Positions 11,638 to 22,819 of a stretch of 36,444 bases of DNA are shown in pieces (positions within the stretch are counted from its first letter, which is position 1; the number at the start of each line of letters is the position of its first letter). This DNA is from Octopus bimaculoides (Eukaryota): positions 104,529,309 to 104,565,752 of the forward strand of contig NC_068984.1 of the NCBI RefSeq assembly GCF_001194135.2. The letters run 5' to 3'. Under the pieces are notes generated by a model, which worked only from the letters and a program-made list of their open reading frames with translations, was not told the origin of the DNA and made no database searches. The translations under genes were made by a program, and so were the position numbers.

Positions 11638-12956
11638 GAAGTTTATGTCCGGTTATTGAGTGACCAATGGTTTCACATCCATAAAGGACATCCATTGGTC
11701 ACTCTATGACTGGACATAGACTTCACTGCATTTAAATACATTACTGCTCTATACTTTAGAGTCTACTTTCTTTTGGGATGTATGATACATTGACGATATA
11801 TATATATATATATATATATGCATGTATGTATACACACACACTTATATGCATGTATGTATGTGTATACACACACACACATATACACACTCATGCATAAGTA
11901 TATCATCTCCAGTGTTATTTCCTTTCAGTCAGTCCCTCATATATGCTGCATTCATAATGAACCTTCACTATGTTTATTATTTTCAAATTATTTTTCTAAG
12001 AAATATTGACTTGATACAAATATTCACTATCCATAAATATTGATTTAATATTCTTCTTGTCTGCTTTTGGTTGACTTGTTTGGAAGAAAGAAAGAAAGAA
12101 AGAAAGGAAGGATGAAAGAAACAAGTAAGCAAACAAAAATTAATGCCACAGCTTAAATACATTACTACTTTCACTAAAGTACTCCAAATAACTTGTACTA
12201 AAGATGCATCCATTTGTCTATATGTTCAGGTTGTGGCTCTGGTGATTGGGGAAGGAGCAAGCCAGCATTATTTTAAAAGTTTGATGACATGACATTAAGA
12301 AATCTATGATTGGTCATTGATATCAATGTCTGCCTCACTGTAATTTGTTATGACAAGGATTACAGCAAAACCCAATGAAATTTTCATTTGAAAATATCTC
12401 TGTTATTGATATTAAAGAAGGTAAGACAGACAAAGAGTTTAGCATAGAAAACATAAAAACATGAAATAATCAATTCAAACATAGCAACAACAACAACAAC
12501 AACAGCATCAGCAGCAGCATCAGCAGCTGTAGTGGTGGTAACTGAAATGATAGTGGTTGTTGCATATGGTAGCAAAAGTTATGGAGAAAGTAACGGCAGA
12601 GATGGAGGTGACATGTCCCACATGGCCAAAGATTGCAATCCTCTTCAATCAACAATGGCTGCCTTGCTTATTTCATGATAACTTATACCCTGTTGATGAC
12701 TTAATTTACACGATAGTAGTGGAGGTAAGGGCTCTCATTAAAATTTATTTCATGTCACTTGTGCTCAAAGCATGAACTGGAACCACCATATGTCAAAAGG
12801 TTGATCCCTTCTCTTATCAATCACTATCACACTACTCAGTGAATTGGCAATACTCACATCCACACACATATACATACATGATTACATATATCCCCTGCCA
12901 CACGTGTGTGTGTGCATAAATAAATATAGATATCTCTCTCTCTATATATATATACT

Positions 12957-14700
12957 GAGTTCATCAAGGATCAGTTCTCAACCTCCTCTTGTTTATCATA
13001 GTCCTCCAGATCATAACAGAGGAATTTAAGACTGGCTGTCCTTAGGAGCTCCATGACACTGACAACCATGTTCTTATTGCTGAATCCATACCAGAACTAG
13101 AGAAGAAATTTCAGGTGTGGAAGCAAGGTCTGGAATGAGAGGGCATTAGAATTCATTTAGCAAAGACCAAAGTCCTAGTAAGTAGGAAAAGACAAGTCAG
13201 TTGTTGCTTTAGGGAGATGGCCCTGCTTGATATGTAAAAACGGGTTGATAGAAACTCCATATGGTACCCCCAGTACAAGCTATGGACACATAAGTGGTGC
13301 AGCAGTATCACAAGAAGGTTAACAGACAAAGTAGTCTTTGTGTGTGGCTGATGTGTAGGTACAATAAACACTCACCAGGAATGGGGGTGTTCTAAGAAGT
13401 AGTAGTTTCTGTTACTTAGGTGACCAAGTTAGCAGTGGAGGAGAAAACTCTGTAAGTGTAGTTGCTAGCATAAGAATGGGCTGGGTAAAGTTCAGAGAGC
13501 TACTACCTTCGTTGGTAACAAAAGAGCTCTTCCTCAGAGTGAAATGCAGATTGTATGATGTCTGTGTATGAACAGATATGTTGCATGGCATTGAAACATA
13601 TGCTGTGACTAAAGAGGACATGCAAAGGCTTGAAAGAAATGAAGCCAACATGCTCCACTGGATGGGCAATGACAGAGTGTAAATGATTTAAGAGAAAAAC
13701 TGAGTATACGAGGCATCAAAGGCAGTGTGCAAGAGACTGTGCTGGTATGGTCATGTGATGCATATGGATGAGGATAGCTGCATAAAGAAATGCCAATCTC
13801 TAACGGTGGAAGGGGTAGACCCAGGAAGACATGGGACAATGTTGTGAGAATGATCTTCGGAGGTTAAGCCTCACAGAAGAGATGATAAGGGACCAATACA
13901 ATTGATAGTTTGATAGTTTGCCATACTTGAGAAAACACATTAAATTGAGTAATATCATGGCCATCCATTACATACAATCATGTCATTTATGGCTATAACA
14001 ACTTCTACCTTTCTCACACACATGCATAATTCTGTCCTCTGGTTGAACCCACCCACAACTTACCTCCCCCAAACCCCTACCACCAACTGCACTCCTCCTC
14101 CAGTTCCTCTCACTCTCTTATGGTACATCTCTATCCCCTCTGTACTCCTTATACTCTTCTCCATTGTTCTTTGTGGAGAGGTACTTTCTCTCTCAATCTG
14201 ACTGTCTCCTTTCTCTCTCCTACCTCTCTCCCTTACTTTGTCCTGGGTTGCAAAGTATCTCCTCTGCAGTAAGACAACTATTCCTGCCCCTCTGTCATAC
14301 TCCAACCTTTTGCCTTGCATATGGCCACCTCTCTCAGGTGAGACATTCTTGTCTTGCAAGCTACTTGGCAACCCCTTGAGTGCTGGAGCCATGTAAAAAG
14401 CACCCATGCTATACCACATATAATGCACCCATGCTGGCGTCACATGAAAAGCACCTGTGCCGGAGCCACATGAAAAACACTCATGTTGGTTTGACATAAA
14501 AAGCAACCATGCTGGTATCATATAAAAAGCACCTAGTACACTTTGTAAAGTGGTTGGCATTAGGAAGGTCATCCATCCATAGAAACTATGTCAAAACAGA
14601 TAACTGGAACCTGGTGCAGCCCTATAGCTTGCTAGCTCCTGTCAAACCATCTGACCCATGTCAGCATGGAAAATGGATGTTAGATGGTGATGATAATGAA
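12957..14700 (+). mobile_element. RTE-clade LINE, 5'-truncated 3' half with 3' UTR
   Basis: VHQGSVL.LLLFIIVL, degraded YADD region (ELHDTDNHVLIAES), HLAKTKVL, FCYLGDQV, RLYDVCV, LCWYGHV, GRPRKTWD. These are followed by a 3' UTR with ~27-bp tandem repeats (14392-14535) and a CAGCATGGAAAATGGATGTTAGATGGTGATGAT tail. Many stops. Confidence 0.92.
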
Positions 14701-15024
14701 TTATCATATTCACAGTGACTTTGAAGTTTCATTACTTGCAGTTTGTTCAAATTGAATGAACTATGGTTGGAAAATTTCAAAGTCACTGTCATAAAATTAT
14801 AATAAATATTAAACAATACACATACATCAAGTCCTCTGTTCAGTCTATATTCATTGCTTTTATGTATTTAAAATATTGAATTTAAACTTATATAGCACTG
14901 CTATATATTGCAGGGTAGCCATAAATCTCCACTACAGGAAGACACCTGTTCCTGCCCATTTTATTATATTTTAGCCTTTCCACATGTGGCATAAAGCTAC
15001 CTCCCTCAATACTACACTCAGTCA

Positions 15025-15165
15025 GGGAGTATTGTCTTGCAAGTTACATGGCAACCGCATTAGTGCTAGTGCCTCAAAAAAAAAAAAAAAAAAGCACTCA
15101 GTAGACTCTGTATAATGGTTGGCTTTAGGTAGAGCAAAAAGCTGTAGAGATCATGCTGAAGTAGA
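15025..15165 (+). mobile_element. Short fragment related to the RTE 3' UTR
   Basis: GTCTTGCAAGTTACATGGCAACC..AGTGCTAGTGCC..AAAAAGCACTCAGTAGACTCTGTA..TGGTTGGC resembles 14350-14400 and 14530-14560. Confidence 0.5.
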
Positions 15166-16784
15166 TATTGCACTCACATTCTACAAAATCACTGCCCAGT
15201 AATATAACAAAACATATATGCTCAGACAATTGACGCCCAGTACAATAAGATAACCTATATACTGCCTACAACTCATATTCTACCAGTGCCAACCGATAAT
15301 TTATTACGACCCACACAATCCACACAGCACATACTTTACACAATCACCAGCCAACATTAGAATTACATAACATCTCACACCCAACAAAATAACACAACTG
15401 ACATTACACATACAAAAACAATTACCACAGCTTATGTAACAGTATTATAAATAATAAACAGACAAAATACTGAAGAAATATTGTTTTGTTGTGGAATTTG
15501 TTTTGTTGTTTTGGGTGTTCCTTCTCACTGCCTTTTCTTCTGTTACTACAATAGCTTTTGACCTTCTGAAATTGCAAGTTGTTTACCATTTCTGCTCCAG
15601 GACATTTAACATGTATCACTTTCCCCCTGCCCATCAGTGTGTCATCTACAGCACCATTATATGCTTTTGTCAATCTTTTCTTCCCTAAGTTGTAGGGTTC
15701 TAGAACTCATTTCCTACTCATGTTTTCCCTTCTTAAGTTCAAAGATAACATCAGGAATATAACCCCCCCCCCCCCAAAAAAAAAAAAACTGGTGATTGTG
15801 TTTGCAACGATGGTAATAGTAAATCTAGGAAAGTTTGTTAATAGTCAGTTTGGTTTCCATGAGAAGGAAAATTGACATTTTGTGTTGGCACTGACATCAA
15901 AAGGCAATACTCTGAAATATCAGCATCTTCTACTTCCTATGGCAACCAAACATATTGACACCTAAGAAACCAATGAATGAAATGGTAGGGATTCACTGGG
16001 ATTGGGTGTTTCTTTATTTTTAGCTCAAATGCATGGGGTTTACTATGTCTACTCTGCCTGTTTTCCAACTTCAAGTCTCATGGACTTAGTGTATCTGTTG
16101 TTTCTAAAATCTATTTTCATCACTTCAACAAGCTGTTGTACATTTGCATATGTTCAAGCTGATTGCCAACCATACTGACCTTCCTAATCAGTGAAAACTT
16201 TCAAAGATTATGATCTTTACTTTTCTTCCTCTGATTAGATTATAAAAATAAAAAAATCTATGAATTGGTGCAAACTTCTCCAAAATGCAGAGAACAGGAA
16301 GTTTAGGTCAATCCTTTCAAGAAGTTCAGAGGTTCAATAGGTTATTACTTAACTTTAGTATTTGTGGTATTAAGTAGATAAAAGATCTCTCCCTAGAAAG
16401 GATGGAAGTTTATTGCAGATAACATTCCTTAAAAGTTTTGGTAGCTACTTCCAATAGCCAGGTGAATAGAAGGACAAAATATAAAGTTGAGAGATACAAT
16501 GAAGTAGGTGCTGAAGGTAGATATTTATGTGTAAGATTCATACAAGTTATAAAACTCTCTTCAGTGTCTTTGTTATTACATAAATGGTATTAAGTCATAT
16601 TAAAACAATTGTAATATTTTTTTTAGATCAGCTAAAATAAACTAATTTAAGTTTTGTTTTAACCAATGTTTTTCATAAGAAACTCATTATCATCCATTTA
16701 TATGAAACTCGGTTTTTTTCTAGCAATTCCTTCAAGTGATCTTACTACTTCTATCTTCTTTTAAAATACTAATAAGTGTAGTCA

Positions 16785-17110
16785 TTATGGCCAAAAAGTT
16801 AAGAAGTTTATTTTACAACCACAAGGCTCTCTGTTCGATCCTATTGCATAGTAACTTGGGCAAATGTCCTTTCAACAGTCTTGGGTTAACCCATTTGTTA
16901 TGAGTGAAATTGGGTAGACACAAATTGTATAGAAACTATAATTTACCTGTAATTCAAAAGGTGCACCCTTGTCACAAACTTTGTTACTCTGCAAATTACA
17001 TTAAGGATGCACATGTCTGTGGAATACTCAGCCACTAATATGTTAAATCAGGATCAGGTAATTCAGTTGCTTAAACAACAGAATCCTCGTTGCCAACTGA
17101 TAGAGGTTGA
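16785..17110 (+). mobile_element. Degraded tRNA-derived SINE
   Basis: A-box-like TGGCCAAAAAGTTAAG, B-box-like GTTCGATCC, then CTTGGGCAAATGTC and a body homologous to 19235-19480. Confidence 0.65.
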
Positions 17111-17549
17111 TCACTATGCGTGGTTGAATCTCCATCATTTGCCTAATTTAGTTGTTTAGTACCAGTTTAACTCAGAAAGAGCAGACCTGTGAACAAAGAC
17201 ATTCTAGCCATGATGATCTATCTTATTTTCAGATATATTCAAGATCACATAAGCTATCTGTGTTTTTCTTTTTGAAGGCAGTTAAGTATGCTGCTACTTC
17301 TAGCAGGCTTAGCTACCATGTAGAGGATCATTTATTGTTTGTTTCTTTTCTCCATCTATTTACATACTATCAACGTATTTTTATTAAATGTCATAGAATA
17401 TATCTTTCTTTTATCACGTAATCTCTTCTTGATGATGTATACGGACATTAGCCAAATAGTTTTTAGATTATTGGTAATTCCAGTACTGTCAGTAATTTCC
17501 TTAATCCATTATTCTGCAAGGAACAAATGAACAATAATTCTAAATCTGT

Positions 17550-17619
<70 letters not shown>

Positions 17620-17645
17620 GCTTATATATATTATATTCATATATG

Positions 17646-17700
<55 letters not shown>
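17550..17700. repeat. Compound (CT)n(CA)n(TA)n microsatellite
   Basis: Direct reading. Confidence 0.97.
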
Positions 17701-17703
<3 letters not shown>

Positions 17704-18022
17704 AAATTAAATGGGTGGTTTATTAGCAATTTGAACCTAAAAGCAAAATTAATAGAGGTTACAAAAGTGATGGAGGGTACTGACCAGCATCAGATATTGC
17801 TAGAAACAAGAGTTAAAACAACTCAAAAACCTCAAAGCACTGTACTTAATGACTGACAAAAGGAGGTAAGTCCCCAGCGTACATAGTCGGATTGAACAAT
17901 TTGGGATTTTGATGCATAGCATCTTAATCCACGTCAGCAACTCTTAACGCCTAGGGTTAAACTCAACTACCTCTGTAAACCTTATAAGAAAAACCATTGA
18001 AAACTTGTATATATACACACAC

Positions 18023-18041
18023 TACCTATCTGCCTGCCTGT

Positions 18042-18079
<38 letters not shown>

Positions 18080-18135
18080 TCCTTCTTGCCTACCTACCTA
18101 CCTACCTATCTATCTATCTATCTATCTATCTATAT
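18023..18135. repeat. Compound tetranucleotide array (CCTG)n-(CCTT)-(CCTA)n-(TCTA)n
   Basis: Direct reading. Confidence 0.95.
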
Positions 18136-18285
18136 TCTTTTATTCTTTTATTTGTTTCAATCATTTGACTGCAACCATGCTGGAGCACCACCTTTAGTCA
18201 AACAAATCTACCCCAGGACTTATTCTTTGTAAGCCTGGTACTTATTCTATCAGTCTCTTTTGCAGAACTGCTAAGTTATATGCAA
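18128..18285 (-). mobile_element. SINE 3' portion (separate family)
   Basis: Reverse complement TATAACTTAGCAGTTCTGCAAAAGAGACTGATAGAATAAGTACCAGG..GGGGTAGATTTG..CTCCAGCATGG..TGAAACAAATAAAAGAATAAAAG shares the AATAAGTACCAG..GGGGTCGAT core seen in the other SINE family here. Confidence 0.6.
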
Positions 18286-18377
18286 ACACACCAACATCGG
18301 TTATCAAGCAATGGTGGGGGACAAACCCAGACACACAAACATATATATATACATATACACACACACATATATATATC

Positions 18378-18422
<45 letters not shown>

Positions 18423-18504
18423 AGAAGAAAATGGATATAATAACAATGGGGAACTCGTTTTCACTGGTATGTCTTTAATCAAATAGATAACAAGGAGGAA
18501 GAAG

Positions 18505-18534
18505 CAGAGATGAGAGAAGCTTCTCTCATCTCTG
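18505..18534. repeat. Perfect 30-bp spacerless palindrome
   Basis: CAGAGATGAGAGAAG|CTTCTCTCATCTCTG. Confidence 0.97.
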
Positions 18535-18600
18535 AACCTAAACTCCAGTTTTCCAAATGAACCACCTGCTCGTGTACAACCTTACAAACGACTGTACCTA

Positions 18601-18779
18601 CATATATATATATATACGACAGGTTTCTTTCAGTTTCCATCTACCAAATCCACTCACAAGGCTTTGGTCAGCTCAAGGCGATAGTAGAAGACACTTGCCT
18701 AAGGTGGCACGCAGTGGGACTGAACCTGGAACCATGTGGTTGGGAAGCAAACTTCTTACCACACAACCACGCCTGCACG
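18601..18779 (-). mobile_element. tRNA-derived SINE head and central domain, ending in (TA)n
   Basis: Reverse complement: A-box-like TGGTTGTGTGGTAAG, B-box-like GGTTCAGTCC, then CACCTTAGGCAAGTGTCTTCTACTAT..GTGAGTGGATTTGGTAGA.GGAAACTGAAAGAA.CC.GTCG(TA)n. Highly similar to 34485-34647. Confidence 0.88.
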
Positions 18780-18808
18780 TATACGTACATACATGCATGT
18801 GTGTGTGT

Positions 18809-19170
18809 GATCATCATCATCATCATCATTTAATGTCCATTTTCCATACTGGCATGGGTTGGATGGTTTGACTGAGGTCTGGAGAGCCAGTGGCTGCACC
18901 AGGCTCCAATCTGATCTGGCAATGTTTCTACTGTTGGATGCCCTTCCTAACGCCAACCACTCCGAGAGTGTAGTGGGTGCTTTTTACGTGCCACCAGCAC
19001 AGGAGCCAGTCAGGCAGGCCTGGCACCAATCATGTTCAGATCGTGCTTTTTATGTGCCACTGGCACAGGAGCCAGTCAGGGGTAATGGCATCAGTCATGT
19101 TTGGATGCTGCTTTTTATGTGTCACTGGCACGGGTGCCAGTTAGGCGGTCCTGGCATCGATCACATAGAT
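18809..19170 (-). mobile_element. SINE 3' portion with three ~65-66-bp tandem units and an RTE-like (GAT)n tail
   Basis: Units begin GCTTTTTA(C/T)GTG at 18979, 19045 and 19110. (CAT)n at 18809-18829. Homologous to 1165-1473. Confidence 0.88.
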
Positions 19171-19234
19171 ATAGGTGTGGTATGGCTGAGTTTGCTTTTA
19201 TCCAGGGCTGGCATCTTAGAGAAGTGTCATTTAT

Positions 19235-19480
19235 GATAGCCGTGAGTTGACCTATACCTTGTGAGTGAAACTGGATAGACAGGAACTGTATAGGAACCTA
19301 TTGGGTAGATTGTAGTGGCAATTCAAAGGTCTATCCTTGTCAGACAGTGTTATGCTAATTCCATCTGAAAATTACATTAAAAGTACATGTGCTTCAGGAA
19401 TACTCAACCACTTATAAGCTAATTCAATGAAGTTGGTAGTTTAGTCGATTAAACAACTAAAAACTCATGGCTGGAAATTC
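19235..19480 (+). mobile_element. Headless body of the SINE family at 16785-17110
   Basis: GTGAGTGAAACTGGATAGAC..AATTCAAAGG..CCTTGTCA..AATTACATTAA..GGAATACTCAACCACT. Confidence 0.6.
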
Positions 19481-19564
19481 CGATCGAGATCAATTTTATA
19501 TGCACACAATGTTCATTTTTAATTCCTTCTTCACACATTTCTGTAAGTACATGCACAAGGTTAA

Positions 19565-19569
<5 letters not shown>

Positions 19570-19640
<71 letters not shown>

Positions 19641-19800
19641 NNNNNNNNNNGAGAGAGAGAGGGAGAGGAAGAAGGAGAGAGAGAGAGAAAGAAGGAGAGA
19701 GAGAGAGAAAGAAGGAGAGAGAGAGAGAAAGAAGGAGAGAGAGAGAGAGAGAAAGAGAGAGAAAGAGAGAGGGGGTTGGAGCAACAGAGAATGAGAGAGA
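19570..19800. repeat. (GA)n array with a higher-order GAGAGAGAAAGAAGGA unit; contains a 10-N gap
   Basis: Direct reading. Confidence 0.95.
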
Positions 19801-20584
19801 GAAGAATGAGAGTTCAGCATAGCAAGCTATTTTATATAATTTGCTATCTTGTCTGTTCAATCATATTGGTGATATGGCATATATCATTGTTTTTTTAATG
19901 TTATCTTAGTTTTCGTTTGGTTATATTTTAGATATGTTTATCTTAATGAAACTGAAATATTAGTGGAAAATAGCAGCGAAAAAGAAAAAAAATATTCTGC
20001 AATCATTAATAAAAGTTGATACATCTTTTGTTTTTTTGTTCTTCCATACCAAACTTTATTCTGTAGTTGTAATAATTGTAATGTCAACACTAACAAATTC
20101 AGTTTGATACTGCACCAAGAAAATTACTATTTAAAGGCGCTACCAACATAATACTGGAGATGTTGCTATAGTATTGTTTAATGAAGACTTGATAGCCAAT
20201 GCAAACACACCAAACTATCAATAATGGGAATGCAAAAAAAAAAAGGAAAAAGAAAAAGAGAATAATAAAATAATCTTTGGATAAATTATGAAAAGAAGGG
20301 ATTAAATATATACAGCATCAGCTGATCTGACAGGGAAGTAAGTACCAAACATATTATCATAAAGTGGTTAAGGCTAAGGAGGGTATTTAGCTATAAAGTG
20401 TTTGCTTTAAGTTGCTGTCTGGCAAATGTCTAAATATGTAGAGCCAGTCTTACCAAACAAGCTTGGGAAGCAGACATAAAATACTAAAATGGGTATTGGA
20501 TAAGTATTTAAAATACATTACTCAACATATCTCAGTTTAAAATAACTGCTTCGTTTCATGATAAAATTAAATAAGACTACTAGA

Positions 20585-20714
<130 letters not shown>

Positions 20715-21099
20715 GTAGCTTGTAAAAGACTAGGAAATAGCATGCAACATAAAAATAAGACGTGTGAAAAAGGAAAAAGGAAAAGACTTTAAATGAATAT
20801 TTCTGTGGATAGATTATCAAGAACATGATAATGAAATACTGAGTATGCATTTTAGACTTGTATGGTTTATACAAAGAACATAGCCAAAAATGTGCCAGAA
20901 AGAGGATGTAATAAAAATATTGCTGAAACATCAATCCTCTGTGGCCTCTACATAAAACAGTAAAATGAGTTACATAGGATTATGATAAATTTTGGTTATA
21001 AATACTTTAAAGATTTTCTTTCAGATTCACTAAGATACTGAATTCAAAGAATATCTATAAGGAGCATGCAGCTACAGCTGGTTCAATCATCAGAGTATC

Positions 21100-21625
21100 A
21101 CCTGATTAGTTCATAAGAATGTTCAATCAACAGTCTGCTGCAGTCAGCAACCTACACTCATGCTCCCACTAGACCCATTTCAAGCATTTAGAACCCTCCT
21201 GATAATTCTTGCTATCTCTAAGAGACAAAATTTCTGTAGGAGTTCTACAGGGTATTCTGTTCCAATCGCCTTCAACCATTTGTCTATATCTTTGCTTATT
21301 GTTCCCAATGCACCAATTATTATAGGCAGCCTTTACAGTTTTCATACTCTAAATTCTTCCTATCTCAAATTTTAAGGGATTGTACTTTTCTTTGTTCTTC
21401 ATCCTCTTTCATTACAATTCTGGAATCAAAAGGGCATGATAGGTCAATTAGTAAGCAATATCACTTTTCCTTATCTATAACTGTTATGTCCAGTCTATTA
21501 TTTTCTAACTTCTCCGTTTGAATAGAAAAATCCCAACTTAGGGCATTCTGCCACAATGTGTGCCGCTGTCTCATTCCCAGTTTCACAGGCTCTATATTTT
21601 TCTGACACATTCTCTCCATTGCATA
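21100..21625 (-). mobile_element. R4/Dong-like LINE 3' fragment (zinc knuckle plus RLE)
   Basis: Reverse complement: C..C....ETAAHIVAEC, WDFSIQTEK..NNRLDITVIDKEK*YCLLIDLSCPFD, KYNPLKFEIGRI, PIIIGALGTI, LLQKFCLLEIARIIRRVLNA* (stop 21180-21182). Internal deletion after the knuckle. Confidence 0.85.
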
Positions 21626-21636
21626 TTTTTTCTCAA

Positions 21637-22527
21637 GTTGTTGTTGTTATTCCTTCATAACACAGTGTAGGTAAAAATGCACCGGAGTCTTTAGTCATCT
21701 GTCAAGTCACAACAAAGACCTCAGACAGATAATACTTTCCTTAAGATGTGCACTGTGCCCAATAAGGCTGCTTTTTGCAAGACATTAATCTTGCATGGTA
21801 TTTCCAGTTACCTTAAGAAGTCTTGAAGTCTTGAAGTCTCAATAGGATTCAGCTCAATGCTCTGGTCACCACTGGTTTCACTTTTACATTACCCTCTCGC
21901 ATTCCATACAGTCTTGCCATTTCCACGTTCAATTCGGAGTACTTGGTGATTTTTCAACCTCTTTATTCACAACATTCATGTCATTGGTATGGCTCCATCA
22001 ATGATCTGACAGTGTTTGTCTCTATTATTTAATATGACAATATCCAGCCAGCGATGGTTAATTACATGATCCATCCAAAAATCATAGTCCCAGAGTATTG
22101 TTATTTTTCCATCCTCCTGCATAACTTTACTTGGTACATGTTCATACCAGTTCTCTGTTCCTTCATATTAGTATTTACCGCATAAGAGCCAATGAAGATA
22201 CACACACACTTCATCGTGGCGGCGTTTGTATTCCTTTTGTGCAAAGCTCTCACATCCGCTTTTCAAGTGAGTCACATTTTCCACACTCTTTCCACAGAGT
22301 CTGCATTTCTGGGTGTCAGAAGTTTTATAGATGTTATACTTCACTAAATGGGTAGCAANNNNNNNNNNGTTTTATAGATGTTATACTTCACTAAATGGGT
22401 AGCAAGAGCCTGGTCTTGTGCAGCAATGATCAGGCTTTCGGTGGTATGCTTCAAATCATCTCACTCAAGCCATGCCCATGATGCTGTATTATGCTTAATG
22501 TCCTGTGTATTCCTTTCAAACTGTCCA
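21637..22527 (-). mobile_element. R4/Dong-like LINE 3' fragment with (AAC)n tail
   Basis: GQFERNT..SWAWLE*DDLKHTTESLIIAAQDQAL, KCRLCGKSVENVTHLKSGC (CCHC), YKRRHD, ILWDYD, RWLDIV, IIDGAIP, ITKYSEL, LQKAALLGTVHILRKVLSV*. Then 3' UTR and tail AATAACAACAACAAC (21637-21651). 37 bp duplicated across the N-gap at 22359. Confidence 0.92.
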
Positions 22528-22600
22528 ATTATTATTATTATTATTATTATCATCATTATTATTATTATTATTATTATTATTGTTATTATTATTGTTATTG
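22528..22600. repeat. (ATT)n/(ATTGTT)n microsatellite between the Dong-like and L1-like elements
   Basis: Direct reading. Confidence 0.96.
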
Positions 22601-22819
22601 TTTTCAAAGCGGATGAATTGTCTCCAGAAGCTGTAAGTTTTTGGCCAATTTTTATTGGAAATATTGTTAAACGACTTGATATTTTTGAGTATTTGTGTAG
22701 CAAAGCTGACTGGGCTCTTGCTGAGCTGATCGGTTAGGTGGAATTTTTCCCTTTTTACGGGCAAATTTTTCATTTTAAAATTTCAAATTTTGTTTTGAAA
22801 CTTGTTTAATTTTGCTAAA

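Noticed and set aside
12230-12420. Possible exon (TTCAG acceptor at 12229, AAG|GTAAGA donor at 12420)
   Set aside because: All three frames contain stops and there is no recognisable homology. A non-coding exon cannot be excluded without RNA data.
14060-14572. 170-aa minus-strand ORF with repeated GAFYM/H motifs
   Set aside because: Antisense translation of the RTE 3' UTR tandem repeats.
15422-15690. Minus-strand 83-aa ORF (TKAYNGAVDDTLMGRGKVIHVKCPG)
   Set aside because: No recognisable domain, non-ATG start, weak splice signals.
18601-18779. tRNA gene-like A/B boxes (also 34560-34647, 16785-16850, 17855-17945)
   Set aside because: No complete cloverleaf; each continues into SINE body or degenerate sequence, so these are SINE heads rather than tRNA genes.
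18979-19170. Regularly spaced repeats resembling a CRISPR-like array
   Set aside because: The whole ~65-bp unit is repeated with no unique spacers. Eukaryotic SINE context with no cas genes.
21028-21114. Strong acceptor TTTCTTTCAG followed by a short open frame (FTKILNSK...SPD*)
   Set aside because: Single short frame with no homology and no upstream partner exon that I can identify.
22322-22405. 37-bp direct repeat flanking a 10-N gap
   Set aside because: Typical contig-overlap artefact within a continuous Dong-like reading frame; not a TSD.
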